A DNA stretch of 64,000 bases from a virus, in the IMG/VR virus record IMGVR_UViG_3300045988_072432, one strand, 5' to 3'. The notes below the pieces were generated by a model. That model made no database searches and was not told the origin of the DNA. It was given only the letters and a program-made list of their open reading frames with translations. This document shows, piece by piece, positions 1 to 11,700 of this stretch. The position numbers and the translations under genes were made by a program. Position 1 is the first letter of the stretch. Each line of letters starts with the position of its first letter.

Positions 1-116
1 TCATCATAAGGGCCCTTAGTAGTTCTAGCCAATACACAAGAAACTCCTAACATAGGAGTAGTTTGAAGAACATTGTTGTTCTTAAACTTAAAATCAACAT
101 GAGGTGAAGTTGGCAT
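1..116 (-). CDS. hypothetical protein, N-terminal part only (runs off window start)
   Basis: ATG at 116..114 (MPTSPHVDFKFKNNNVLQTT...) stays open to position 1. Same strand and spacing as the structural operon. Confidence 0.3.
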   Translation of the reverse strand, partial: MPTSPHVDFKFKNNNVLQTTPMLGVSCVLARTTKGPYD

Positions 117-173
117 AATTCTATTGTGATTAAAGTTAATTACTTGTTTAATTTATACCCTAGAGTATTGTAC

Positions 174-878
174 CTATACCTTAGGTACTTTTAACTCTAA
201 CATTTCATTTTCTTTTTGTTCTAACAACCCGATGAGAACTGATATATCCTGGATAGGTGTAAGTATACCTTCTTCCAGGGGTTTTTCTGGAAGAATACCA
301 TCTTTACATAGGTAAGTATATACCTTTTCAAGTATTCCATGTTCTACATCTGGATGATCATAATAATTACCAATTTCAATGAATAGGTTTCCGGTTGATG
401 CAAGCCTGCCCTTGTCCCATTCCTCTAAATCATTGAAATAAGGTTTTATGTATCCTCTAGCAGGTAAGCCAGTATATAAGATTGTATGTAGTAATCTCAT
501 ATCTGCTTGAGTTTGAGAAACTAGATGTACATCTATGGTAATATCTTTGGTTTCATAAGGAAACTCTGAAGCTTGGTAATTACCATCTTCAAGTCTATCA
601 CCAATAATGTATTTGTTCACACCAATATCCCCAGCATAATAACCCTGTAATTCTAGGGTTATTCTTGGGAGAGTTTTAGGGCCTTTCACTTGATTATTCC
701 CGATACCAAATAGAGGTATAAACTTCTTCATATTCTTAATTGCCTCTTGAAATCTTTTTTCGTTTTCTTGAGACAAAGGTAAGAAGTCTTCTGGATTCAA
801 AGTTAGACCCATTTCTAACATTGTACTTAGTAAAGAGATATAAAAAGTTCTCTCTACTATCTCTTCTGAATTTACCAT
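174..878 (-). CDS. virion-module hypothetical protein
   Basis: 234-aa ORF. Its start overlaps the stop of the upstream gene at 878. Lies in the structural operon. Confidence 0.6.
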   Translation of the reverse strand: MVNSEEIVERTFYISLLSTMLEMGLTLNPEDFLPLSQENEKRFQEAIKNMKKFIPLFGIGNNQVKGPKTLPRITLELQGYYAGDIGVNKYIIGDRLEDGNYQASEFPYETKDITIDVHLVSQTQADMRLLHTILYTGLPARGYIKPYFNDLEEWDKGRLASTGNLFIEIGNYYDHPDVEHGILEKVYTYLCKDGILPEKPLEEGILTPIQDISVLIGLLEQKENEMLELKVPKV

Positions 879-1807
879 TAATTTCCTAATCTAATTTTTA
901 GTTGAACTTCATGGCTACCAGTATCATTTATAATTCCGTTATAAGTTACAATTATACCCCCCATCGAGAATATATTGGTTTCAAGATGGCCAGTACAATT
1001 TAATTCACTAACCCAAGTAGTACTTATATTAGAGGGGTAATCAGTAAGCCATACTTTATAGGGAAAGGGATTTGCCCCAGGAGCAGAAAAAGTACCTTCT
1101 ATAGTTTTACTAATGTCTGTTATCTTAAATTGTTTTACAAACTTAGCCACTTCATAACCATTGATATGGTAGTATTGGTATCCCTTTACACCCCTAATAG
1201 AAGCAGTACTACTGCCTTGTCCAACACCGGGGAATGGTATATTGGGAGTTGGTTCAAAACCATACTCAGTAGTTCTTTTACCAGGAGATTGTTTTATAGT
1301 TATATCTTTCGTACCAGCCCGAGATACTATTCGTATAACACCGCTTCTTTCCTTTGGATTATAAGTGCTTGCCTCATACTCGTTGTTATAAGAGAGCGTC
1401 TTAACTGTTAATTTTCCAGCATTATTACCTTCCCCAATCTCTTTGGTTATATTTAACCAATCCAAAGAATTTTCAACAGTCCAATCTAAGGCTCTATATT
1501 CTTCTTGAGGTTCACCACCAATATATTTTTGTTCATAACTATAAACTAATATTTCCCAAATCTCAAGCCTTTTGGTACCATCAAAAGTATAACTATCACT
1601 GTCAGGTGAAATAGTAAGGAAGGGCTTCCAAGTTTCTACTACTTGGGGTTTTCCCTTTTGTGTAAAAGTAACTTCCCTTTCTACTCCCTGAACTATCACT
1701 TTTATTACTTGTTCTTTATTAGATTCTGATTCATTAGCTGCTTTAGGCTTCACTCTAATAGTAGCAGGACCAGTCCCTGATAAAGAAGATATTTCGAAAT
1801 CCGACAT
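878..1807 (-). CDS. BACON-like Ig-domain structural protein
   Basis: Has the BACON-like pattern DWLNITKE...GKLTVKT...ERSGVIRIVSRAGTKDITIKQSPG. Lies next to the fibre genes. Confidence 0.6.
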   Translation of the reverse strand: MSDFEISSLSGTGPATIRVKPKAANESESNKEQVIKVIVQGVEREVTFTQKGKPQVVETWKPFLTISPDSDSYTFDGTKRLEIWEILVYSYEQKYIGGEPQEEYRALDWTVENSLDWLNITKEIGEGNNAGKLTVKTLSYNNEYEASTYNPKERSGVIRIVSRAGTKDITIKQSPGKRTTEYGFEPTPNIPFPGVGQGSSTASIRGVKGYQYYHINGYEVAKFVKQFKITDISKTIEGTFSAPGANPFPYKVWLTDYPSNISTTWVSELNCTGHLETNIFSMGGIIVTYNGIINDTGSHEVQLKIRLGN

Positions 1808-1808
1808 A

Positions 1809-2366
1809 TTATTTTACTTTCCTTAATTCATTTCTAACCGCATTACGTATCTCCTTTTGTAAAGCTGCTTTTCCACCAGCAGCTTTATAAGCAGGACCCC
1901 ATAGAGGACGAGGTGGTAAATTACCATCCCTGCTACCATATTCTAACATGATAGCTATCTGGTTCAAGGTTTTTCTAGAAGTCTTACCAGTATAAGTAAT
2001 CTTCTTGATTCTAATTGGTAATCCAACAAAAGTCCGTTTTTTACCCTTTACTAAAGTAACTGATCTAGCATACTGACCAGTAAGGTGTAACATAGTGTGA
2101 TCCCCATACTTTTTAATGGTTCCTGGAGCATGGGGTGGCCATGATACTTCTGAACCTCTTGGTGGAACACCCTTATTCAAACTTCGTCTTACTATACGAA
2201 GAAGTTGATTACCAAACTTTTCTGTACCCTTCGCATAGCCTTTGGTTAAGATACTTGGAGTTTTGGCAATCAACCTTTCTGCACGAGCTTGTTCTCGTTT
2301 GTCTACGTATATTTCTAGAGGGCCAACTGGAATCAATAGTGTAATATTAACCGACTTACTTGGCAT
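1809..2366 (-). CDS. HK97 gp10-like head-tail joining protein (putative)
   Basis: LTGQYARSV and IAIMLEYGSRDGNLPPRPLWGPA resemble the TGxLRxSI / EfGT..prPF motifs of the gp10 family. Confidence 0.45.
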   Translation of the reverse strand: MPSKSVNITLLIPVGPLEIYVDKREQARAERLIAKTPSILTKGYAKGTEKFGNQLLRIVRRSLNKGVPPRGSEVSWPPHAPGTIKKYGDHTMLHLTGQYARSVTLVKGKKRTFVGLPIRIKKITYTGKTSRKTLNQIAIMLEYGSRDGNLPPRPLWGPAYKAAGGKAALQKEIRNAVRNELRKVK

Positions 2367-2371
2367 AATTC

Positions 2372-2905
2372 TTACTGTTGTTTAGGTTTATCCAATCCCA
2401 GCTCCTGAGCAATTCTCTGTAACAGAGTCTCTTGAGTGGAGATTCGTTGGTCCATGTATTGACGGAACTCCTCAAACCCTGGAGCAGGTTTACTTGGAGC
2501 AGAAGGTGATTGGTTAATTGAATTGAGAATGTTATCGCATTCAGAAACAATTGCCTCAAACTTTGGTCGATTGTTAAGTATATTCAAGGCATTCTGTTTC
2601 TGCATAGTAACCTCATTAATTATATTCACTACATCGGTAGTATAATATACACCATTATAAATACCTTCATCAGATTGTGATGGCAAGTATATGGTGAGTT
2701 GTGATACCGAATCTTGGATTACCAATTCGACACTGTTAACAAAGCCGTCTTTAGCACCAGAGGCCATTGGTTTACTTTCTCCTACCTTTACGATTCTTGC
2801 TGTATCAAAAATAGGATAACCAGACCGTCTGTCTTTTTCTAATGTGAAAATCACTTCACCCTTTTGTAACTTTTGGAAAATCAATGTTCTTTCGTCCATA
2901 ATCAT
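2372..2905 (-). CDS. virion-module hypothetical protein
   Basis: 177-aa ORF with a 4-nt overlap onto the upstream ORF. Confidence 0.6.
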   Translation of the reverse strand: MIMDERTLIFQKLQKGEVIFTLEKDRRSGYPIFDTARIVKVGESKPMASGAKDGFVNSVELVIQDSVSQLTIYLPSQSDEGIYNGVYYTTDVVNIINEVTMQKQNALNILNNRPKFEAIVSECDNILNSINQSPSAPSKPAPGFEEFRQYMDQRISTQETLLQRIAQELGLDKPKQQ

Positions 2906-3102
2906 TTTCTATTTATTAAATTTAAACCAAATGAAACTGCACCCGGATTCTTTTGCATGAAGTCTACCAGGTTTAAGAATTGATAGTATCCAAATTGATC
3001 GATGAATACCTGAGCTTTGTTTGCTACTTCTTGTGCAATCTCTATATTGGGAGCCGGTAGAGCTAACTGTATCTTAAATTCGGTGAGTTGTTCTTTTTCC
3101 AT
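2902..3102 (-). CDS. small hypothetical protein
   Basis: 66-aa ORF, translationally coupled to 2372..2905. Confidence 0.45.
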   Translation of the reverse strand: MEKEQLTEFKIQLALPAPNIEIAQEVANKAQVFIDQFGYYQFLNLVDFMQKNPGAVSFGLNLINRK

Positions 3103-3123
3103 AATTCCTTAGTTCAAGTGGTT

Positions 3124-3163
3124 AAAACGAAAAAAGGAGTACACCCCTGATAGATGTACTCCT
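3124..3163 (-). terminator. rho-independent terminator
   Basis: 9-bp stem aggagtaca (3135-3143) / tgtactcct (3155-3163), followed on the minus strand by TTTTTCGTTTT. Lies directly after the stop of 3191..3904. Confidence 0.65.
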
Positions 3164-3190
3164 TTCTAATCATCCTGGTATGACAATTGG

Positions 3191-3904
3191 TTATGCCGTT
3201 ATAGTACCTCCAGTAGCCTTCAGAGCTGCAACCACTTGGTTGATAATGTTCTGGTCTCTCTGGGCATCTACCACTCGATTCAGACGGGCAATCTCCTGGT
3301 CCTTTGCAGTGTTCTCAATGAGACATTTGATTTCCTGTTGTCCATTCTTGAGGTCACAGCAGCAACGTTCCAGCTGAAGAGCCAAGTCTGATTTTACTTC
3401 TTTAATCAAGCCTTTAGTTTCGCAGCAGCAATTCTGTTGTTCAAACCCCATTTGGCAAAGGCGGTCCATAACCCGGTTGAAGCCTGCTCCCATTTGGTCA
3501 CGGGAATCACGGATATCCGAATTCGTTTTGTAACCCAGATCACAAAGACCTCTTTCGGTTGTGAAACGGTTGTTAAGAATTTCTCTACCAACACCAGCAA
3601 CATCTTTTGCTACTCCACCGATTTCTTGGGTTACCCCACGGGCAGCATCAGAGATATCCTTGTAGATACCTGCTTTTGCTTCCTGAACAGTAGATTCTAC
3701 TTTCTGGATGTCAGCCTTGGTGTCATTGATTTTGTCCCATACAGAAACTGCAGCCGCACCAAAGCCACCACCTACCAATGCACCCCCAACAGCACCCCAA
3801 CCGGAGCCCCAGCCAGAATTACGATTACCACAGCAACAATTATCATTGCAGCCTCTGTCCGCGATTACAACGCCATCGCCAGCACCTTTTACTTCTACTC
3901 CCAT
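3191..3904 (-). CDS. glycine-zipper / triple-CCC-motif protein, unknown function
   Basis: 237 aa. N-terminal GWGSGWGAVGGALVGGGFGAAAVSVW segment, 13 Cys including NCCCGN, NCCCET and RCCCDL. Locally much more GC-rich than its neighbours. Has its own terminator. Confidence 0.65.
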   Translation of the reverse strand: MGVEVKGAGDGVVIADRGCNDNCCCGNRNSGWGSGWGAVGGALVGGGFGAAAVSVWDKINDTKADIQKVESTVQEAKAGIYKDISDAARGVTQEIGGVAKDVAGVGREILNNRFTTERGLCDLGYKTNSDIRDSRDQMGAGFNRVMDRLCQMGFEQQNCCCETKGLIKEVKSDLALQLERCCCDLKNGQQEIKCLIENTAKDQEIARLNRVVDAQRDQNIINQVVAALKATGGTITA

Positions 3905-3969
3905 AATGTTTTAATTAATAATAAAGTTAATTATCTCATATAAAAATATCCTGGTGTTGTAAATTAAAT

Positions 3970-5757
3970 CTATGATAGTTCGAATACGTATTCATAGGTA
4001 ATCGTCGCAGCAGATTGATTAATGGAGAGTGTAATCTTCTCACCTGATTCATTTTGTGTAACTGTAACCGTAGCAGATCTTGAGGATTCTTCGACGTTCT
4101 CTGAAGCTTTACTAGTTACCTTACCACTACTAGCTGAAACGGTAGCCCAAGACGGAGTACCAGATAAGCTTACACCCACCTCATAAATATCTTCAGATTC
4201 AGACCCGTTAATTACTTTTGTCTTATAGGATGAGAAATATCGATATAAAGTATCTCCAACAGCATCATGATAAACGGATTCACTTGTAACCATACCATTC
4301 CAATAAAAGTGGTAATTATAACTTACACTAGCTCCACCTTGGGTAATATCCACATAATCAGAAGCCCCCTCATAGTTAGCAAAGACTCTAACAGTTCTAG
4401 AACTGGTACTACTGTTTGAAGAAGCAGTAAGGGTAGTCCCAGATAATGTAAAACCCGAAATACCATTGGTACTTAGGGAAGGATCTGCAGTATCATAGCC
4501 AACCCTTACTGTATAACCAGAAGTATAATTTGAATATCGATCTCTACTTGCACTTGGGTATAAAGTTACACTCCCCCCAGTATTAGAGATAGTGTATGAA
4601 CTAGCAGTTAGAGTTACAGACCATGAACCATAAGAATAGCTCAACCATTTATTTGCCTCTTGATATACAGGTATACTTACAGATTTAGTTTTACCATTGA
4701 GTGATAAGGTACCAGTAAGTGTACCTACTTGGGTTCTAGATTTTACTGTATCTTCCAGATTACTTGCACTAACTGCAGTACCATAACTAATACTAGCACC
4801 ACTTGTAATCGTACCTCCTCCCGTTGTAGAACCATTCCATCCCCAGGTCTGGGAATAAGTTGGCAAAGTAGTAAATGAACTTCTTGTACCTCCACTTGCA
4901 GGTATATCTGTTACAGCTCCACCACTTGCAGTAATTTCACTATAAGTCTTATAACCTGCAGATTGAGAACAAGATATGGTTACTTTCTTATTGGTTTCTG
5001 CTTGGGTTAAAGTTACGGTACCACTACGAGTACTGGTAGAAGTATTATTACCCATAGTTACTGAAGTACCGGTACCGGATATACTTCCTCCATTAGCTCT
5101 AGTATAAGTTAAAGAAATTTGGTTACCATAGTTATGACCATTTCTTAATTCTTGCTTGTATGAAGTTACCGTGAAAGTTTTAGTACCTCCTGTAGCCCCA
5201 AATGACATAGAAGTGGGGTTTACACTAAACCCATAACTCCAAGATTGAGAAGCTGCAGCTTGGACAAAAGCAACAGTTACTATCTTACCTGTTATATTTT
5301 GTGTAAAAACTAAATTGACCGAACGTTGACTTAATGCAGTATTTTCGGTAGCTACCCAATTACCCATACTACTATCGTTTAACCAATCTGGTACAGTGGT
5401 GGAGACCTCATAGGATATACCCTCTGAAGAACCAGAAGTAACTCCATCCAAGTACTTCTGCCGAGTAGAGGTTAAGCTTACATAAATTGGGGTAGGTCTC
5501 CCACCTAATGCTGGAAAGTTAAGGGTAGTATTTTGAGCAACAAAAGTATACTTATAAGTTACCTTGTGTATATCTTCCAGCTTTACACATTCATTATTTC
5601 CATAGGAACTGGCATTGGATAGTTCCAACCCCACATAATTCTCCCCTGTTCCTGTCGAGGAGAGTGCTAACAATTCAGCCTTGGTAGGGCAGTCATTTCC
5701 TGTCTTACCAAGGCCTACTTTAGTTTTGACAGCACTCCAGGTTGCTATCTCTCCCAT
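3970..5757 (-). CDS. tail fibre-associated protein with repeated BACON-like Ig domains
   Basis: S/T-rich 595 aa. Repeats of the type SFGATGGTKTFTVTSY... and PSWATVSASSGKV...SRSATVTVTQNESGEKITLSINQSA. Immediately downstream of the large fibre gene. Confidence 0.7.
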   Translation of the reverse strand: MGEIATWSAVKTKVGLGKTGNDCPTKAELLALSSTGTGENYVGLELSNASSYGNNECVKLEDIHKVTYKYTFVAQNTTLNFPALGGRPTPIYVSLTSTRQKYLDGVTSGSSEGISYEVSTTVPDWLNDSSMGNWVATENTALSQRSVNLVFTQNITGKIVTVAFVQAAASQSWSYGFSVNPTSMSFGATGGTKTFTVTSYKQELRNGHNYGNQISLTYTRANGGSISGTGTSVTMGNNTSTSTRSGTVTLTQAETNKKVTISCSQSAGYKTYSEITASGGAVTDIPASGGTRSSFTTLPTYSQTWGWNGSTTGGGTITSGASISYGTAVSASNLEDTVKSRTQVGTLTGTLSLNGKTKSVSIPVYQEANKWLSYSYGSWSVTLTASSYTISNTGGSVTLYPSASRDRYSNYTSGYTVRVGYDTADPSLSTNGISGFTLSGTTLTASSNSSTSSRTVRVFANYEGASDYVDITQGGASVSYNYHFYWNGMVTSESVYHDAVGDTLYRYFSSYKTKVINGSESEDIYEVGVSLSGTPSWATVSASSGKVTSKASENVEESSRSATVTVTQNESGEKITLSINQSAATITYEYVFELS

Positions 5758-5759
5758 GA

Positions 5760-8700
5760 TTATTTATTTTTAAGTTCTTGAATCTCAGCCTTCAAAGCCT
5801 TAATCTCATCGTAGAGAAGTTTAACACCCTCGATTGCCAAAGTTGACATCTTGTGATATTTAACTTGTTTTACGAGTACATATTCTTCTCCATTGATTTC
5901 CAAAGTTTCGAATTCCTCTGGATTAGGTACTGTAGATTTCTCTACTGGAACTTCCTCTACATATTTACCAAATCCCAATCCCTCAAGATTCTGAGCAATA
6001 GTTCCCTCGTCCTCTTTACCAAGCATTTCGAATGACTTGGTTGGTATCTGGCAAATCTGTTCCAGAGTATGATTCAAATCCTTGATATTAGATTTGAGTC
6101 GAACATCTGAGGATTCTTTGAAGAAACCAGAAGGAGCCGTGGTCTTAGCAAATACTACCTGGTCGGTAGTTGCCAAACTCAATTGAGCTCTAGTTACTAC
6201 GTGAGGATTATCTCTTCTACCAGCATGGCTATTGATAGAAGTCTGAGCAGCAGTACCTGCAGCCTTAGCATCAGCAATAGCAGTAGCTTGAGCAGTAGAT
6301 ACTGGCTTATCAGCATCAGAAGTATTATTAACATTACCCAATCCAACCTGAGTTTTAGTAACTGCATGCGGATTAGATTTATTGGCAATGTGATTATTTA
6401 CCTTAGTTTCTAAGGCAGTTACATCTGAACCAGTATCGGCAATCAAATCGTCAACGTAAGTTTTCAATTCTGTACGAAGAGCATTGATAGCATTAGTTCT
6501 ATTGGTAATCTCATTTGCCAACCCCTGTACGGTATTATCCAAGTTAGTCTTATCAGCTGCAGTCATTACACCTGCAGTAGTCTTAGTTGCTGCTGGTATA
6601 GTGACATTTACATCTGTACCTCTACTATATGAGCCCTCTTCGGTATTCTTTACCCATCTAAAATACTTTAATCCGAGATTATTCGTATTTTGGGTAATAC
6701 CGTTTATTACCGTCATTATCTCCTGAGGTAAACTATTGATTAGTTTATCATGCTCATTATCTTTTGCAATACGAGCTTCCTCTTCTGTTTGGATTGCATT
6801 GGGTAATGTGGTATGAAGTTTGGAGTAATCACCCGCAGTCATTACACCAGCATACGTACTGTTAACATTAGGTATAGTAATTGATTTATTTACGATAGTC
6901 TCATAAATCTCACTGAGTCTATCTTTTTCTGTATAATCAAAGGGTATAGTTACATTCAAAGAAGTACAAGTAGGCTTTTTAATGTCGACAACAATTTCTG
7001 TTGATAAACTATCTATGATATCCTCAAGATGTTTACCTCTCTTACCATCGAAGGCAGTCCCTTGAACTTGCCCAATGATGAGAGAAGAAGTATTACTATC
7101 TACAAATTGATTACCTGACCAACGGAATTGATATGATGGCTCGCCCTCACTTACATTGACATATATCTTACCTGATTCTCCAACTATTGGAGTTTGATAA
7201 TTGGGATCAGAAAACAATTCTATGTCGGATAATTGACCCGTATTGCTCATCTGGTAACTAGCATATACTTCGATAATATCATCTACATATGAAGGCAAAT
7301 GGTTAGCTGGTACCAATCCATTACCATCCAATGGAGCAAACCCATCAGGTTGTCCCTTAGTTGCTACAAAAGCATCATGCTTAGCCTCTAGAGCATTAAT
7401 ATTATTCTGGAGTTTAGTATCAAGGGCTGTATCTGCTGCAGTTCTATCGCTAATCTCCTTATCAATCCTTGCACCCAAAGCAGTGTCTGCAGAAGTACGA
7501 GCAGTTGCTTCATCATTTACTGCTTTAGTAAATTTTGTGTCGAGAGCGGTATCTGCATCTTTACGGGCTTGAACTTCTTCAGCAAGAGCTGCCTCCGATT
7601 TACCATCCAAAGCTTCAATAGCATCCTTTCTATCCTGGATTTCTTGAGCTATTGCATTGGGTAAGGTCTCATCCAGGTTTGTCTTATCTACGGCAGTCAT
7701 AACTCCGGCATTTTCTTTAGTTGCCTTTGATATACTGATATTATCAGTGCCCTTTAATTCATATACTCCAGTATCTCTATTAAAAGTTGAGGGTAGAGAT
7801 ACTAAGTCTACATGGTCTGAATAAGGAACTGGATTCCTATGATAACTTATAAACTTCTCAGGAAGAGAATCAAACAGCTTCTTATCTGCAGCAGATTGTA
7901 CACCAGCTTTTTCTGCAGTAGAAGCAGGTAAAGTAATTGGATTCTGTTCTACAGTACCATCCTCAATTACAGTTTTAGTAGCAGCAATGCCTACTGAAGT
8001 CTCATTTGGGGTTACATCCCCAAGAGCAAAGTTAACAGTAGTAATTCTATCTAACTCTACTTTATCCTTAGCAGTCATCGTACCCGCCTTAGTATCAGAT
8101 ACCTGAGGCAAATCAAAGGTTTCTGTAGTATCAAGATTCAAACCATTATCTTTAGTTACTGTAACAGTAACTTTTTCAGCATCTGAATCAGCAGAGAGAC
8201 CGGTAATAGAATTTTCATCTAGCCCATCCAACTTAATCTTATCTGCTGCAGTCATAACTCCTGCAAGAGATTGGGTTACCGGAAGAAGTTCTTTAATGGC
8301 CTCATTAGATTCTCCATATTGGTTGTTAGAAACGTCCTTAGTAGAAGTATTTACCTTGAAAGTAAGTTTAGAGTCATCTCTACTTATTTCACTTACACCA
8401 GTAACCATGGTATTGGGTAAAGCATCAGAAGTTGCTTCCTCGGCTACCAACCTTTCTTCGTGGTCATCAGTAATATTAGTAAACTTATTATCCAAAGCGG
8501 TATCTGCATCGGTTCGGTCTTGGATTTCCTTATCGATACGTTTACCCAAAGCAGTGTCTGCAGAAGTACGAGCAGCCTCTTCTGCATCTATGTTATCTTG
8601 AAGAACTTTATCAGCAGCCTTTCTCTCTTCACTCTCGGTATTAAGGTCAGAAGTATTCTGGTCAATCTTTGCTTCCAACCGAATATCCTCAGCTTTACGA

Positions 8701-11700
8701 GCGGCAATTTCGTTATTTAACAGATCGGTAATGGCAGTATAATTACCATTAATATTATCTTGAATACCCTGGATTAATTCCAGGTTACGTTGGATATTAG
8801 CAGTATTCTGAGTTACCAGAGCATTAGTAGCATTCAGAGAAGTTAACAACTCTGTACGAGTTTCACTTACAAAAGTTCTCAGCTCATTTACTGTGGTAGT
8901 AAGTGTAGTACTTAAGTTAGTAAAGGACTGTTGTAGAGTATTATCACCTTGTTCTCGTAAGTTCTTTTCGGCTTCAAGCTTATTCTCCAACTCGGTAAGC
9001 TTAGCAGTAATGGTTGCTGCAAAGTTGGGGTCATCACCAAGAGCCTTAGCAATCTCTGCCAAAGTGTCCAATACTTCGGGAGCTGAACCAATAATATTTT
9101 GGATTGCAGCCTCTACTTGTTCTGCATTCTGAAAATCAGAATCGTTTAATAACTCAGATACCTTAGTGATGTAGTTTGCATGTTCTTCAATGCCATCAAG
9201 TTTTGCATATAGCAAATCCGTGAAGTCATTAGAAGAAAGTACTTTACCATCTACTTTATCTACCTTCTTATTATCCAGTGCTTGGTCAGCAGCAATCCTA
9301 TCTGCCTTCTCTTGAGCAAGAGCATTACTGATAAGTGTATCTTGATTAGCTCTATCAGTTGCTTCTTTATCAATATTGGTTTGAAGTAGAGTGTCTCCAG
9401 CCAAACGTTCATTTTTCTCTGTAAGCATATCTCGAGTGATACCGGCCATATCATCCCTGTGATTCTGAAGATTGGTATCTATCTTTGCCTCCAGAGTGGT
9501 CTCTTTTGCAATAGCTCGGTCTTTCTCGGCATTAATAGCAGTGGTATTAGCATTTACCTTTGCTTTTAGTTCATTCATAGCATCGGTATTACCTACCTCT
9601 AGAGAATCAATACGAGTTCCTAAAGCATTATCACCTGCAATTCTATCTTCCTTCTCTTGATCTAACTTGAGGTTAAGTTTATCTACCTCGGATTCTAAAG
9701 CCTGTTTAGTATTATCCAATTTAGCAGTAAACTCCGTACTCAAAGCATTATCTGCAGCAGTACGATCTGCTATCTCTTTGTCAAGATTTACTTGAAGAAC
9801 TTGGTCGGCAGCAATCCTCTCTACTCTCTCAGTATTAAGGTCTATATTAAGATTATCAATCCTAGAACTTAAGGCAGTATCGGCATTGGTACGGTCAACG
9901 ATTTCCTCGTTAATCATATCCTTAACTTCCTTGTAGTTATCACTTACGGTTTTAGTTAAGTTTGTGATTAACTCAGAATTTCTTTCGATATTGTGAGTAT
10001 TCGTAGCAATAGCCGTTGTATTAGCATTTACTTGCTCAGTAAGCTCATTACGTAAGGTATTGATAGAATCTTGAATACTTAAAGCCAACTCGGCTATACG
10101 TCTATTAACGTTAGTCAAACTAACATTATAAGCATCATCTGCAGTCTTTCTGTCAGCAATCTCTTTATCTAAAGAAGCCTTAATAGCGGCATCGGCATCC
10201 TTTCTATCCTGGATTTCCTTGTTAAGATTATCCCTTACAACTCCAATTGCAGCATCGCCAGTTGCAGACTTATTGTCTATATATTCTTTTAACTTAGCCT
10301 CAAGAGCAATGTCTGCATCTTTACGGGCTTGGGTTTCTGTAGCTACTTCAGCACTATTTGCTTCATCACCTGCAATACGGTCCTCTATTTCCTGATTAAC
10401 CTGTTCAGTAATAGCCGCCAATTTCTTGGTGATAGTTGTAGCAAAATTTGGATCATTACCCAAAGCATCGGCAATTTCCTTAAGAGTATCAAGTACTTCA
10501 GGGGCAGCACCTACAATTTCTTGAATAGCTGCTTTTACTTCGTCCTCAGTTTGGAAACCTGAATCGTTGATAAGCTGAGATAAATGGGTAATATAGTTGG
10601 CATGTTCTTCAATACCGTCCAACTTAGCTTTGAGTATATCTGTAAAGTCATTCTTAGTTAATGAATAACCCTCTCGTTTATCCACCTTTTGATTATCGAG
10701 ATCGATATCGGCATTTTCACGAGCCATAGCCTCTGCAGCAATTGCCTCGAGTAATTGGGCTTTATCTGCTTGGCCCTGTAATTTTATATCCTCAATTTTA
10801 TGATCAAGGACTAAATCCTGAGCAGCTCTTGTAGTTGCTTCTGAATCGATATTATTCTGTAATACCTGGTCAGCAGAAGTACGAGCTTGTGCTTCTTTAT
10901 CGATGTTACTCTGAAGAAGGTTATCGGCATTTGTACGATCTGCTACCTCTTTAGAAATATCATTGTGAAGAACTTGGTCCTCCGAATGACGGTCTACTCT
11001 TTCCTGATCTATCTTACTCTGAAGAGCCTGGGTATCAGATTGGCGATTAGTAATTTCCTCGTTAATCTTAGAATCCAAGACAGTATCAGCATTGGTACGG
11101 TTGGCAGTCTCTTCAGCAATTTTAGCTTCGAGTGTGGCCTTATCATTGATATGAAGGGTCTTAAGTTCATTTACACTTTCCTTAATCTCAGCATCAGCAG
11201 CGATACGTTCTTCTCTTTCCTGTTGAATGAGTCCCTTGAGTTCATTCTCAAGTTTATTATTATTATTATTTATTTTATCGTTAAGGTCTTTGATGTCATC
11301 GGTATTCTTGTCTACCTTTCTTTCAACTCGATCAATTTCTGCCTTTAAATCTGACTTTACAGTATCAATCTTCTTGTTAATCTGATCTAGCCCATATTCA
11401 AGATTATCCTGAACTGCTGCTACTGCTGCACCCAAAGCGGCTTCTGCCTCTTTAGCTCGATTAACCTCTTCTGTTAAAGCAGTACGTAATTCGGTTAGCT
11501 TATTGGTAATAGTTGTAGCAAAATTTGGATCATTACCCAAAGCTTCTGCTAACTCTTTAAGAGTATCAAGAGCATCATCTGCACCATCAACCAAATCACT
11601 AATCATCTGTTTAACTTCTTCCTCAGTTTGATACTTTAAGTCATTTTCAAGCTGAGATACCTTAGTGATGTAGTTTGCATGTTCTTCAATGCCATCAAGT

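Noticed and set aside
3406-3943. ORFs 3437..3943(+), 3708..3914(+) and 3406..3603(-) overlapping the Gly/Cys-rich gene.
   Set aside because: The locally high GC content removes stop codons in several frames. The 237-aa minus-strand frame fits the operon orientation and has a terminator. The alternative products are Pro/Thr/Ala low-complexity sequences.
5853-11348. A dozen plus-strand ORFs of 60-153 aa inside the tail-fibre gene (for example 10887..11348, 8296..8601).
   Set aside because: They are antisense to a 2046-aa ORF with clear fibre motifs. Their products are low-complexity S/L/I/F-rich strings typical of antisense frames in repetitive coiled-coil coding DNA.
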